In this document: positions 45,977 through 56,068 of the stretch, in pieces
Numbering within the stretch: the first letter of the stretch is position 1
How the letters are laid out: each line of letters begins with the position of its first letter
From: a virus
Direction: 5' to 3' (one strand)
Length of the DNA stretch: 64,000 bases
Virus record (IMG/VR): IMGVR_UViG_3300031608_000001
Coordinates: 2,663 to 66,662 of that record
Position numbers and translations under genes: made by a program
Notes under the pieces: generated by a model
Told to the model about the DNA's origin: nothing
The model's database searches: none
What the model saw: only the letters and a program-made list of their open reading frames with translations

Positions 45977-48155
45977 CTGTATTCTGTATAAACACTATGC
46001 CGTCAATGACATTGTGATCAACTGTAATAGTTCCGCTGACTGCTTCGTCAAACAATATTTTCTTACTGAGTGGCTTCTTGACTTCTTCTTCAAACAGCCT
46101 CTTTAATGGTCTTGCTCCCATGGTAGGATCGTATCCTTTTTCTGCTAAGTATTTCTTAGCCGCATGTGTAAGTTTAATTTTCATCTTAGTATCGTTTGCT
46201 TTGAGTAGTTCATTTGTGTCTTTAATTGTTCTAGTAACAATAGACATAATCTCTTTAGGACCTAGCACATTAAATCTAATAAACGCATCAATCCTATTTC
46301 TAAACTCTGGTGTAAAGAATTGCTTAGTTGCTTGTATGTCAGCATCACTGTGAGTCTTTTCGCCAAAGCCTATCTTAGCAGTATCTAGTTTTGCGGCTCC
46401 TAAGTTACTTGTCATTAGTAGTATTACATTAGTAAAGTCTACAGTTTTACCTGTGGCGCCTGTTAGCCTACCGTCGTCCATGACTTGTAGTAATACTTGT
46501 AATACTTCTGGGGCGGCTTTTTCTACTTCATCTAGCAATAAGATACAATTAGGATTCTTATCTACTTCAGATAGCAACATACCTTGACCCATTTCGCCTT
46601 CGGCATGCCCAACGTATCCAGGAGGAGCACCAATCAGTTTACTTACACTATGTCTTTCCATGTACTCCGACATGTCGAAACGTATTAGTTTTACATCCAT
46701 TGTTTCTGCCAATATCTTTGCTGTTTCTGTTTTACCAACACCAGTAGGACCAACAAATAAGAAACTACCAATTGGCTTGTTAGTGTCTCTAAGTCCTGCT
46801 TTGCTAACTAGTATGCTTTCAACTAGTTTATCTACTGCTTCGTCTTGCCCAAACACTTTAGATTTAATGTCCTTGTCTAGTGTTTTAAATCCTTTTGTAT
46901 CTTCGATGTCAATAACATCTGCTTTCATCTTAGCAATTTTGGCTACTTGCTGAAGAATAGTTTCCATTGTTACTTCTTTGTTTTTTGCTATTTTAGTTAC
47001 AGCACCCGCGGAATCTATAACGTCTAATGCTTTATCAGGGAACAGTTTGTTCTTAATATATCTATCGCATAATTCAACTGACCTTTCTACTAATTCTTTT
47101 GTATACGTTACACCGTGGAAGTCTTCATAGTGACTCTGTAGGCCTAAACATATCTTCATTGTATCTTTTAAAGATGGTTCTAATATGTCTAGTCTTTGGA
47201 ACCTACGCATTAATGCTCGATCCTTTTCAAAGTTAGTCGCCCATTCATCGGGTGTAGTAGCACCAACACATAAAAGTTTACCCTTACCGAGTAAAGGCTT
47301 TAACATGTTTGCCGCATCTACATTACTTCCACCGGCACTACCGGCACCCATTATCATGTGTATCTCATCGATAAACAAAATGGCATTAGGGTCATTTTCT
47401 ATTTGTTCTAGTACAGTTTTTAAACGTTCTTCAAAGTCGCCCCTATACTTTGTACCAGCCAACATTGTAGCAATGTCTAACTGATAAACTGTTTTATCTA
47501 ATAGTATCTCTGGTACATCCTTATGTACAATCTTGTACGCCATGCCTTCGGCGATAGCAGTTTTACCTACTCCTGGTTCGCCAACTAAACATACGTTATT
47601 CTTTTTACGTCTAGCAAGTACTTCAATAACATCTGTTACTTCTTCGACTCTACCAATGAGAGGATCGATTTGATTGTTACCTGCTTCAATATTTAAATTC
47701 TTTAAGTAGTCTACATCGCCAAACTCACCTGAAGCAGTATCTGAAGATAAGTGCTCAATAAGTTTTTGTCTGTCTAGACCGTTAATAGCAATAAAGTAGT
47801 TAGCATGACTTTGTAATTCGTTAGTAATACTTACAAGCACATCAATAGCATTAATTGTTTCTCTGCCATTAAAGATACTTTGAGCAAATGCTCTTTGAAA
47901 TACACGTTCAACTGCCATTGTTTTCTTTGGGTCGCCTGTGCTACCTGCTTCTGACTTTAGATTATTAAATTCATAATCTTCTAAGTACTGCTGTAGGTCA
48001 GTCCGTAATGTATTAACGTCAATTTCTAGTGCTGTACACACATCAATAATCTCTTGTTCGTCTAAAAGAACTAGAGCAATATGCTCGATGGTTACATACT
48101 CATGACCGTAGTTGATTGCCTGTGTTACTGATGCTTCTAATACTTTATCTATCAT
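45969..48155 (-). CDS. clpA: ATP-dependent Clp protease ATPase subunit
   Basis: N-domain, GEPGVGKT, KYRGDFEE, GPTGVGKT, IGF loop, GARP; no ClpB M-domain. Confidence 0.92.
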   Translation of the reverse strand: MIDKVLEASVTQAINYGHEYVTIEHIALVLLDEQEIIDVCTALEIDVNTLRTDLQQYLEDYEFNNLKSEAGSTGDPKKTMAVERVFQRAFAQSIFNGRETINAIDVLVSITNELQSHANYFIAINGLDRQKLIEHLSSDTASGEFGDVDYLKNLNIEAGNNQIDPLIGRVEEVTDVIEVLARRKKNNVCLVGEPGVGKTAIAEGMAYKIVHKDVPEILLDKTVYQLDIATMLAGTKYRGDFEERLKTVLEQIENDPNAILFIDEIHMIMGAGSAGGSNVDAANMLKPLLGKGKLLCVGATTPDEWATNFEKDRALMRRFQRLDILEPSLKDTMKICLGLQSHYEDFHGVTYTKELVERSVELCDRYIKNKLFPDKALDVIDSAGAVTKIAKNKEVTMETILQQVAKIAKMKADVIDIEDTKGFKTLDKDIKSKVFGQDEAVDKLVESILVSKAGLRDTNKPIGSFLFVGPTGVGKTETAKILAETMDVKLIRFDMSEYMERHSVSKLIGAPPGYVGHAEGEMGQGMLLSEVDKNPNCILLLDEVEKAAPEVLQVLLQVMDDGRLTGATGKTVDFTNVILLMTSNLGAAKLDTAKIGFGEKTHSDADIQATKQFFTPEFRNRIDAFIRFNVLGPKEIMSIVTRTIKDTNELLKANDTKMKIKLTHAAKKYLAEKGYDPTMGARPLKRLFEEEVKKPLSKKILFDEAVSGTITVDHNVIDGIVFIQNTDA

Positions 48156-48163
48156 AATACTAT

Positions 48164-48979
48164 TTAACTGTTACGTTTCCTTTCTTGTTGAATTTGTCGT
48201 AACAAATCTTGATGCCGTTGCTCCAAGTTTTCTACTGGACAAACTTTTATTAAAATTAGGAAGTCACCTACTATGCCACTGTTAGCCATAATAAATCCTT
48301 GCCCACGAAGTTTAAGTCTTGAGTCCGGTGCCGAACCAGGCGGAACCTTAACGTCTAATTTCTTACCCGATATGTGATCGAGTGTTACTGTTGTACCCAT
48401 AATTGCTTGTATATAATCTATTTCAATAGCACCAATTAGATTAGGCCCGTCTCTTCCAAACGTAGGATGCCTACTAATTTGTAGCCTAACTCGTAAGTCG
48501 CCTGCGGGTAAGTTATTATCCTGTATAGGAGCCTTGCCTGGTATGTTATATATTGTATTATCACGCACACCTCTAGGTACTTGAATATCTAATTGCCCTG
48601 TACCAACATCAATTCTTTTAGTAGTACCAAAGTATACATCCTCTAACGAAACATCAATATGAGTTTCCGCATTAAAGTTCTGCGGTCGTTGTCTTTGTTG
48701 CCGTTGTCCATTCTGAAAGATGTCACCAAACATATCAGCAAATGGATTGCCTTGATTGTTAAATGGGTTACCACCTTGATTCCTAAACGGACTAGGGTTA
48801 TCGTACTCATGTTTCTTTTGTGGGTCGCTTAATGTTTCGTATGCGGCTTGGATCTTTTTAAACTCGGCTTCGTCGCCACCTTTGTCAGGATGATGCTTAG
48901 AGGCAAGTTTTTTATATGCCTTCTTGATCTCATCTGGTTGAGTGGTGTGATTAACACCTAGGGTTTCGTAGTAATCCAT
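48164..48979 (-). CDS. DnaJ/CbpA-type co-chaperone
   Basis: J-domain HPD, G/F-like linker, C-terminal domain, no zinc finger; promoter 48987-49014. Confidence 0.9.
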   Translation of the reverse strand: MDYYETLGVNHTTQPDEIKKAYKKLASKHHPDKGGDEAEFKKIQAAYETLSDPQKKHEYDNPSPFRNQGGNPFNNQGNPFADMFGDIFQNGQRQQRQRPQNFNAETHIDVSLEDVYFGTTKRIDVGTGQLDIQVPRGVRDNTIYNIPGKAPIQDNNLPAGDLRVRLQISRHPTFGRDGPNLIGAIEIDYIQAIMGTTVTLDHISGKKLDVKVPPGSAPDSRLKLRGQGFIMANSGIVGDFLILIKVCPVENLEQRHQDLLRQIQQERKRNS

Positions 48980-49015
48980 AAAGTGTATTATACAGGATTA
49001 TACAGGTTTGTCAAG

Positions 49016-49426
49016 TTATTCTGTATCAGAAAGTCTGTCTAGGAAACTACTTAAAGACGACTTAGTTTCTGCTTTAGTCTGCTCTCCTTCGTAGTATTTT
49101 TTGTATTGCTCTACTTGGAATCTAAGTTTTTGTAATTGACTGTTAGAAAGTTGCATATTCATTTGTAATGCTTGCCAGCCTAAGTCAGTAAAACCAAATA
49201 TAACAGGGTCAATGCCTTGTTCTTCAAGTCTAGCAAATACTTCTCTTTGATTTTTACTTGATACGATTATAACTTCTATCTTAGCCATAGATTCTACACT
49301 AATAGGATCTAAGTTAAGACGTTCTCTTTCTACTTCAGTTTTAAAAATTTCTATATTCTTAACGCCCATGGAAGAACAGCCTGACACTAGCAGTACTAAT
49401 AGGATTGGTGCGAATAGTTTTTTCAT
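49016..49426 (-). CDS. lipoprotein, putative o-spanin
   Basis: lipobox VSGC; coupled to TM/coiled-coil gene. Confidence 0.65.
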   Translation of the reverse strand: MKKLFAPILLVLLVSGCSSMGVKNIEIFKTEVERERLNLDPISVESMAKIEVIIVSSKNQREVFARLEEQGIDPVIFGFTDLGWQALQMNMQLSNSQLQKLRFQVEQYKKYYEGEQTKAETKSSLSSFLDRLSDTE

Positions 49427-49914
49427 TAGTTTGCCTCGTAGTTTGGATTAGCAGTAGGGGAACACATTGCGTTGTAGCCTAGATCTGTTTTTAGTTTAAC
49501 TGCTACTTCTTGTTCAGTTAATGGACTGCCCTGTGCTATTTCGTTACAACGAATCATGTTGTCCCAATCATTATTTAATATCCTTTCTACACTTACTGGT
49601 CTATTAACGGCTAAGTCGCCAAGGTCTCTTCGTTGGCCATCTGCGTTTGTTTTAGTAAACCGTGTTGTTAAGAATTTTTTATCTTTTTCTAGTTGTTTGT
49701 TCATTGCGTCTAACTGAGCATACATTTTCTTTTGTGCGTTGAAGTCTTCTTCGCGTTGCTTCATTACTTTCTTTTGTTCTTCGATGCCGTCTTCTAATTT
49801 AGCATTGTTGGCTTCTGATAAGGCTAGGTTAGCCTGTAGATTTTTGACATAAAGTACACCGCCTCCTGCTGTTCCAAGGACGATCAGTAAAAAGAATAGT
49901 TTAATTTTCCACAT
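49426..49914 (-). CDS. putative i-spanin
   Basis: N-terminal TM, long coiled coil, two C-terminal Cys. Confidence 0.65.
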   Translation of the reverse strand: MWKIKLFFLLIVLGTAGGGVLYVKNLQANLALSEANNAKLEDGIEEQKKVMKQREEDFNAQKKMYAQLDAMNKQLEKDKKFLTTRFTKTNADGQRRDLGDLAVNRPVSVERILNNDWDNMIRCNEIAQGSPLTEQEVAVKLKTDLGYNAMCSPTANPNYEAN

Positions 49915-50131
49915 TGTGCTTCTCGACTAGATCCAAAACTTGTTGTACCGTCTGTACATCAAAAGTTTCTTCCTCAGGAATTGTTATACCCAGTGCTTCT
50001 TCAAGTTGCATGAAGATATCCACTACGTCTAAGTCATCCGCGCCTAGGTCGTTAAGCATGTTAGTTTCTGGAACTATCTCTTTGTCGCGACCAAAATGGC
50101 CTTTTAATGTGTTTAATACTGTCTCATTCAT
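49901..50131 (-). CDS. acyl carrier protein-like, lacking pantetheine Ser
   Basis: DLGADDLDVVDI...LEEALGITIPEE...TVQ. Confidence 0.8.
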   Translation of the reverse strand: MNETVLNTLKGHFGRDKEIVPETNMLNDLGADDLDVVDIFMQLEEALGITIPEEETFDVQTVQQVLDLVEKHNVEN

Positions 50132-50892
50132 TATAATTTTCGTAGTAATAGTATTTTATCACTCTGCTCTTTTGTTATGGTGAATCTTTGGTCTGAAAAA
50201 TTATTCACTGTATAATCTTTACCCAGACATCTTTCTAAAAATAAGTCGTCAGTTGCTCTATCTAAGATTGGCTCCTTGGATATATCTTCCATGATCTCTG
50301 CTTCACCGAAATTAACAATTTCGTAGTTAAATGCCTTACGACCATTGTTAATTGTAATTGTATTCTTATGCTCGTTCTCGTCTAACGTGACATTAGATAC
50401 TAAACTTTCTAGGAAAAAGTTTCCTATGTTATTATTGTATTGTTGTTTTTCTTCTTTCATTTTATTCTCTTGAAACTCTTCTCTAGTTACATACTTATCA
50501 GGATCTGTTATAACATAGTTCTTCCAACTAGTATCCTCTGCTGTAAACTCTTTATCTGAATAGTAAGGCTTATACATCCAGCCATCTATTTCCATTATGT
50601 TCTTTAAATCTGCTACAACTGTTTCTGCTAAGTCAAAGAAATCACTTGATCGTTTAACTTCAACAAACACCATATAGTTGCCGTCTTCATTTGTTGCTGG
50701 ACTGGCCTCTACATCTAGTACATCGTATGGACCTGTCTCGATAAAATGCGATAAGTCTTTTGCTGGCTCTTTATCTTTAACATAAAATCCTAATACAATA
50801 ACTTCGTTGTTCTTACCTGTCTTAGGTGCGAACTCGTCTATGCTAACTTTAGGTAACACTAGGTCTTCTAGTTCATTATATTTCAATGTCAT
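50131..50892 (-). CDS. conserved-type hypothetical phage protein
   Basis: VSIDEF.PK.G...PAKDL..FIE...LDVEAS. Confidence 0.78.
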   Translation of the reverse strand: MTLKYNELEDLVLPKVSIDEFAPKTGKNNEVIVLGFYVKDKEPAKDLSHFIETGPYDVLDVEASPATNEDGNYMVFVEVKRSSDFFDLAETVVADLKNIMEIDGWMYKPYYSDKEFTAEDTSWKNYVITDPDKYVTREEFQENKMKEEKQQYNNNIGNFFLESLVSNVTLDENEHKNTITINNGRKAFNYEIVNFGEAEIMEDISKEPILDRATDDLFLERCLGKDYTVNNFSDQRFTITKEQSDKILLLRKL

Positions 50893-51442
50893 TGCCTAGA
50901 TCTCCTGCTTGTGGATTCAATTCCATATTGTTTGAATCTAAACCACCTGTTAAGTTGGCTCCTGCTTCAGCGTCTTCGACACTAACGTTATCGTCATCGT
51001 TTACCAAGTAGTCTGCTTCTATCTTTTCTACAAACTTTCTAGGTATCTTTAACTCTACTAACCAAACAGGGTCTTCGTTTATCTTAGTCTTTCTATAAAC
51101 TCTATTCTTTTTAATTTCTATTGTAATATCTTCTGGACTTGTTATCTTTTTTGGATATTTGTATACATCTTCAACAAATTTAACTTTGATATCCTTTTTA
51201 GTAAGCCTGAGTCCGCCTTCTGGGTCTGGCATTTCGTCTCTTTCGTACATTAAAGTAAGGTTTACCCAATATTTGCTAGGTCTACCGACTTCAACAATCT
51301 TACCTTTGATCCAGTTCTTATATGCGTAAACGCCTAGATGTTCAAAAAGACCATCTACTTCCATTATCATGTCCAACAATTTCTTGTCTTGATTGATTAA
51401 TCTTATAGTATTGTTAATATCTTCCGATGTATAGTTTGCCAT
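50876..51442 (-). CDS. conserved-type hypothetical phage protein (probable start MANYTS)
   Basis: YAYKNW..G, MPDPEGG.RL; late box 51448-51455. Confidence 0.78.
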   Translation of the reverse strand: MANYTSEDINNTIRLINQDKKLLDMIMEVDGLFEHLGVYAYKNWIKGKIVEVGRPSKYWVNLTLMYERDEMPDPEGGLRLTKKDIKVKFVEDVYKYPKKITSPEDITIEIKKNRVYRKTKINEDPVWLVELKIPRKFVEKIEADYLVNDDDNVSVEDAEAGANLTGGLDSNNMELNPQAGDLGNDIEI

Positions 51443-51582
51443 ACAACTATTTATCAAAAAGATAGCGAAGGCTTTGTTTACTTGAGTATAAAAGTTAACT
51501 GAGTTGCTAACTTATAGTGGTTTATTGCTAAATATTTTTGCAATGATTTATAACCATTTAAAAAGTTATTTCACCCATAAGC

Positions 51583-51618
51583 ACCGTAAGGCGAGGAAAC
51601 TCACTTACGGTTTTTTTA
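51583..51618 (+). terminator. terminator-like hairpin in phoH leader
   Basis: ACCGTAAG-GC-GAG-GAAA-CTC-A-CTTACGGT followed by a T run. Confidence 0.5.
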
Positions 51619-51640
51619 TGATCACAAGAAGGAGACAAAC

Positions 51641-52381
51641 ATGTCACGTAAAAAACGAAAGGAAAGAGAATTCAAGGCGAGCATTCGCCAACTACAAACG
51701 GAGGATTTAATATTGAAACTTGACACCAGATACTTGAACAAAACGGCAAACGTAATAGTTGTACCTAAGAATATAACGCAGGACACATTACTAGAATCTT
51801 TAGAACATACGGCAACCAGTATAACCTTTGCTGTAGGACCAGCAGGCACGGGCAAGACGTATATAACGACAAAGAAGGCCATTCAAGCATTAACGTCAGG
51901 AAGAGTTTCAAAACTAATCATTACTAGACCAGCAGTAAGTGTAGACGAACAACACGGATTTTTACCAGGAACACTACAGGAGAAAATGGCACCCTGGACA
52001 AGACCGATCATCGACATTCTCGAGGAACACTTCACACCAAGTCATATTGAAACCATGATTGAATCGAATATTATTGAAATAGCACCATTGGCATACATGC
52101 GTGGTAGAACATTTAAGAATGCTTTTATTATCGCAGACGAAATGCAAAATGCGACAGAGGAGCAAATGAAGATGCTATTAACAAGAATAGGAACTAACAG
52201 CAAATTAGTTGTAACAGGCGATTTGAATCAACATGATAGAGGTTTCGGTGACAACGGACTAAAGGACTTCTTAAATAGAATTAAAGACAAAGACTCAAAT
52301 TATATTAAAACAATTACATTCACTGCCAAGGACATTGAAAGGCATCCAGCAGTTGCCGAAGTACTCAGTTTTTATGATTAA
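51641..52381 (+). CDS. phoH: PhoH family ATPase
   Basis: GPAGTGKT, TRPAV, GFLPG, PLAYMRGRTF, DEMQN, LTRIG, GDLNQ. Confidence 0.95.
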   Translation: MSRKKRKEREFKASIRQLQTEDLILKLDTRYLNKTANVIVVPKNITQDTLLESLEHTATSITFAVGPAGTGKTYITTKKAIQALTSGRVSKLIITRPAVSVDEQHGFLPGTLQEKMAPWTRPIIDILEEHFTPSHIETMIESNIIEIAPLAYMRGRTFKNAFIIADEMQNATEEQMKMLLTRIGTNSKLVVTGDLNQHDRGFGDNGLKDFLNRIKDKDSNYIKTITFTAKDIERHPAVAEVLSFYD

Positions 52382-52596
52382 GAGTTTTGTATCTTATGTA
52401 AGATAATATCACTGATATGACCGACTTGTGAATGTTCAACATCATACAAGTCGGTCATTCTATCAACAGCACTTTTAATAGCAACTAACGGGTCACTCTT
52501 GCCTTGTTTAATATGAGTATGTACAAATCCACCTGGCTTAAATTCCGCCTCGAATTTTAACATCTCACTTGCTACTGATTGTAAGTCGTGTTCCAT
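52378..52596 (-). CDS. hypothetical protein
   Basis: 72 aa. Confidence 0.6.
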   Translation of the reverse strand: MEHDLQSVASEMLKFEAEFKPGGFVHTHIKQGKSDPLVAIKSAVDRMTDLYDVEHSQVGHISDIILHKIQNS

Positions 52597-53141
52597 ATTG
52601 ATAAATCAAAGATCTCATATTTGTGTGGGGTGTCTATCATCCATTTGACTAGGTCTGCCATATGTTCTGTAGTCATCATTTCTCTTGCTGGTGGCTTTAT
52701 GCCGGGATCGATATCGAGTGCCGCCATTTCAGTGTCAACATAACCTGGGTTCAAGTTCATAACTCTACATTGTTTATTGAATCCACCTTGCTGTCCAAAT
52801 GTTATATGCTCTACCGCATGTTCCAAATGTCTTTTATCAGCAGAGTATATGCTACCTGAAAAGTTATGCTCGTATCTTGCTCTACTACCTAAGTTAATAA
52901 TTGTTTTAGGTTTGTCAAACCAATGTTTAAATATAATTTCAAACAACCTTGATTGATATGTACTTAGGTATGCGTTATTGATAAACACATCGCATGGCAC
53001 TATCTTCATAGCACACATATTAGTCTGCTCTATACTAAAGCCATTGCTTCTACTTAATCCTACTATCTCGTGTTCTTGCCCAAGCAAGTCCGCACAGGCT
53101 TTTCCTATTCCTTTAGTGTGCCCTGTTATTGCGATTTTCAT
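52572..53141 (-). CDS. short-chain dehydrogenase/reductase (start MKIAITG)
   Basis: TGHTKGIG, INNA, YSADK, NPGYVDT. Confidence 0.85.
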   Translation of the reverse strand: MKIAITGHTKGIGKACADLLGQEHEIVGLSRSNGFSIEQTNMCAMKIVPCDVFINNAYLSTYQSRLFEIIFKHWFDKPKTIINLGSRARYEHNFSGSIYSADKRHLEHAVEHITFGQQGGFNKQCRVMNLNPGYVDTEMAALDIDPGIKPPAREMMTTEHMADLVKWMIDTPHKYEIFDLSIWNTTYNQ

Positions 53142-53365
53142 ACTATTAATCCTAATATATAAATGATTGTTAGTCCGACGTTCATTGTCCAGACTGTTGT
53201 TTCCTTCCATAGCAGACCTACTATTACCCATAAACTGTTAGCAGTTATAAATGCGTAATGGTGATATGATAGTTCAGGTACAAAACTTGCTAGGCAGGCC
53301 GCTGATACAAGAATCGCTGTAGCAATCCAGGCAAGTATTTGATATGGTTTTTCGTTTTGTGTCAT
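53138..53365 (-). CDS. small membrane protein
   Basis: three hydrophobic segments. Confidence 0.7.
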   Translation of the reverse strand: MTQNEKPYQILAWIATAILVSAACLASFVPELSYHHYAFITANSLWVIVGLLWKETTVWTMNVGLTIIYILGLIV

Positions 53366-53781
53366 GCTGATGCCGTATGTTGTTTTGCTATGTACTTCAT
53401 TCTATTGAATACACTCATCATACCAAGTTGTCTTTGCATACTTAATTGTGCGCCAAGTGGTATCTTTTGTATTGCTGAAGAAGTAAAGTTTAGCATTTCG
53501 TTAGGTGTGTAACCACTGAATGCTTCTGTAAGAATAAACAGTAAGCCTTTTACTAATTTACTTTCTGAGTATGCGTAAAACTGTAACGTGTTTTCGTTGT
53601 CCTTAATATAGTGTACCCACACTTCGCTTTGACAACCTGACACAAAGGTTTGCTCATTGCGTAATTCCTTGTCTTCAATTAGTTTTAAGTCATTGCCCAT
53701 TTCAATTATGTATTCGTATTTGTCTATGTCTGTTTCTAATGTTTCCAGTACGTCGACGTATTCTTCTATTGATGCTATCAT
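53362..53781 (-). CDS. sufE: SufE Fe-S sulfur acceptor
   Basis: VSGCQSEVW, SESKLVKG, LSMQR..G. Confidence 0.88.
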   Translation of the reverse strand: MIASIEEYVDVLETLETDIDKYEYIIEMGNDLKLIEDKELRNEQTFVSGCQSEVWVHYIKDNENTLQFYAYSESKLVKGLLFILTEAFSGYTPNEMLNFTSSAIQKIPLGAQLSMQRQLGMMSVFNRMKYIAKQHTASA

Positions 53782-54581
53782 CTTAGTTTCTTATTTTTGT
53801 TAACTGCTTTTTCTAACAGTGAGAGTTTAATATTTTTAGACTGTGCGTAATGTATTAATGCTTCTGTGTCTTTAGGAAAACAATGTCCACCAAAGCCAAA
53901 CTCTCCATCTGGTCCTGGTACTTTCATATGACTACTGCCCATGCGTGGATCTCTGGTTAGCATGTCTGTGAACTGTTCCCAACTTACCATACTGCTACTT
54001 GCTTGTTGTAGTTTGAATAGTTCATTAAAGAACACTACTTTAGTTGCTAACCAACTGTTTATTGTGTACTTGATTAAACTTGCTGTACTTAGATCAACTT
54101 TAAATGTAGGAACTACTCTTACATCACTGTATCGATTGTATGCTTTCTCTACAGTATCGCAATCCTTCCACTTGCCACCAAGCACTTGCATATTTGGATC
54201 TATAAAGTCTTGCGCCGCTTTGGCTTCTGTGAGAAACTCTGGGTTATAAACTATTTTTAGTTTGTATGACTTCTTGAATACATGTAAGTAGTCTGGTATG
54301 ATTGTACTTTTAACTACTACTATTCCTTTATAGTTGTGCGAGTCTAGTTGCTCTAGTACCTCAGTAACTATAGTAACGTTGACACTACCGTCTTCATTGG
54401 GCGGTGTTGGAACACAAACAAAAGTAAGTGGTGGATCGAATTCATTGACAAGTTTATCAATTGAGTTGTCTGCTGAAATTTTAGGATCCACCACATACTG
54501 CTCTGCTGTAGAGAAGCCACTGCTGACTGCACTACCTACAAACCCTTTGCCTATAATACCTAACTTATATTGTTGAGCCAT
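53778..54581 (-). CDS. UDP-glucose/GDP-mannose dehydrogenase (short form)
   Basis: GKGFVG, CVPTP, KST, NPEFL, GFGGHCFPKD. Confidence 0.88.
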   Translation of the reverse strand: MAQQYKLGIIGKGFVGSAVSSGFSTAEQYVVDPKISADNSIDKLVNEFDPPLTFVCVPTPPNEDGSVNVTIVTEVLEQLDSHNYKGIVVVKSTIIPDYLHVFKKSYKLKIVYNPEFLTEAKAAQDFIDPNMQVLGGKWKDCDTVEKAYNRYSDVRVVPTFKVDLSTASLIKYTINSWLATKVVFFNELFKLQQASSSMVSWEQFTDMLTRDPRMGSSHMKVPGPDGEFGFGGHCFPKDTEALIHYAQSKNIKLSLLEKAVNKNKKLR

Positions 54582-56068
54582 AACTTTTTATTCCTAATAT
54601 ACTTGTTTATATGTTTAAAACTGTATACTTTTAATTTATGATTCAGCATAGCAAATGTCATACCTTCGTGGTCTTTAACATCTCTCCATACTGACTTGTT
54701 ATCACCTATGCCCATAGACAGTACACTAGACCATGTAAAGGCATCAACCGCCACAAATACACTATTGGCCATTGCTTTGTTAACAAACTCGTTCTTCCAG
54801 TCTTTGGCTTCTTCCTCAGTCGTGTAGTCAGTTGACCAAGACCCATCGTCGTGTACATCGTATCCAAACTTATCTGGGTTGATGTCTAAGTCTGCTAACC
54901 AACCTTCGTCCCACACTACAGCCGACTTGGCTTCTGGGTGGTTGGCATGATATATCATTAACTCTGACATCACAAGGTTGTCTATTAATCCCTTACTGAT
55001 CATTAAGTTTATTTTACTTTTTAAATTTTCAAATGTGTCGCCTTTGAGTCCTACAATAAAACTACACGAACTCCAAAACTCAGGTATCTGTTTCTTTATT
55101 TCTGTGAGTGTCCTAACGTATTTTTCAAAGTTGTAGCCTTTCTTTATCTGCTTGGCTCCTTCCTTAGACAATGTTTCAATGCCAAAGTTTAAACTAACAA
55201 TGCCTGCCTGCTTTATCATTTCTATTTGCTCAGGCCTATTCATTATAACATCTAGTCTAGCATACGCAGATATCTTTGGCTTGAAGTCTAACTGCTGTAC
55301 AACTTTTACAAGTAGTTCTAGTTTCTCATTGCTTTCGTTTAGTGTGTCGTCTGCGGCAAAGAAGTTTGTTATGCCGTATTGTTCGTATGCCGTTTTAAAT
55401 GTGTACAGCATTGCTTCTTCTGTGTTAAGTACAACGTTCTTTGCGTTACGCATTGGGTAGTTACAAAAACTACAATTAAACTTACAACCTAGCGATACTT
55501 CAAAACCTATTACATCCTTTTCGTTTAAACAATCATCAGGCTGAAACAAATCAAACAGTACAGGCTTTTCTTTATCTAAATCGTAGTTAAGGTTTGTGAA
55601 TATATTATCGTCTTTGGTCCTATTGAATCGTGTCATGTCTACATTGGCAATCCAATCCCTAAGCATTTCATCTGCTCTGCCAATGAATACTCCGTCGATG
55701 TCTGTGTAAAGTTCTATTTGCTTTTCGTTGACTACTCGCATTCCGCCTATAATGATTCGTACATTATTGTGTGTGGACCTAACGGTTCTAGCAATCCTAA
55801 GCATCTGACCCATGGCACTATCTTCGTCATTGTCCCATGGACTTCGTATAGGTAAACTAATACCAATTACATTGTCGTCTGAGTCTTTAAAGAATGTGTT
55901 TAATAATTCGACTAGGTCTTCGTCTTTCCAATGTGTAGCATAGTCTATAACTGTTGCGTCAGCATCGTTGTCGTGAAAGATACGTTTGATTATGTGTGCG
56001 CCAAGACTCCTATAATTGTTATAGTAAGCACCATTATTGGTTTCCGTTAGGATTGCGGCTTTCATCAC
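54560..56068 (-). CDS. B12-binding-type radical SAM enzyme
   Basis: IIIGG, GCKFNCSFC, DDT, FGIET. Confidence 0.82.
   Translation of the reverse strand: MMKAAILTETNNGAYYNNYRSLGAHIIKRIFHDNDADATVIDYATHWKDEDLVELLNTFFKDSDDNVIGISLPIRSPWDNDEDSAMGQMLRIARTVRSTHNNVRIIIGGMRVVNEKQIELYTDIDGVFIGRADEMLRDWIANVDMTRFNRTKDDNIFTNLNYDLDKEKPVLFDLFQPDDCLNEKDVIGFEVSLGCKFNCSFCNYPMRNAKNVVLNTEEAMLYTFKTAYEQYGITNFFAADDTLNESNEKLELLVKVVQQLDFKPKISAYARLDVIMNRPEQIEMIKQAGIVSLNFGIETLSKEGAKQIKKGYNFEKYVRTLTEIKKQIPEFWSSCSFIVGLKGDTFENLKSKINLMISKGLIDNLVMSELMIYHANHPEAKSAVVWDEGWLADLDINPDKFGYDVHDDGSWSTDYTTEEEAKDWKNEFVNKAMANSVFVAVDAFTWSSVLSMGIGDNKSVWRDVKDHEGMTFAMLNHKLKVYSFKHINKYIRNKKLWLNNIS

Noticed and set aside
51460-51640. Pho box upstream of phoH
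   Set aside because: No 11-bp-spaced TGTCA/TGTAA repeats seen here.
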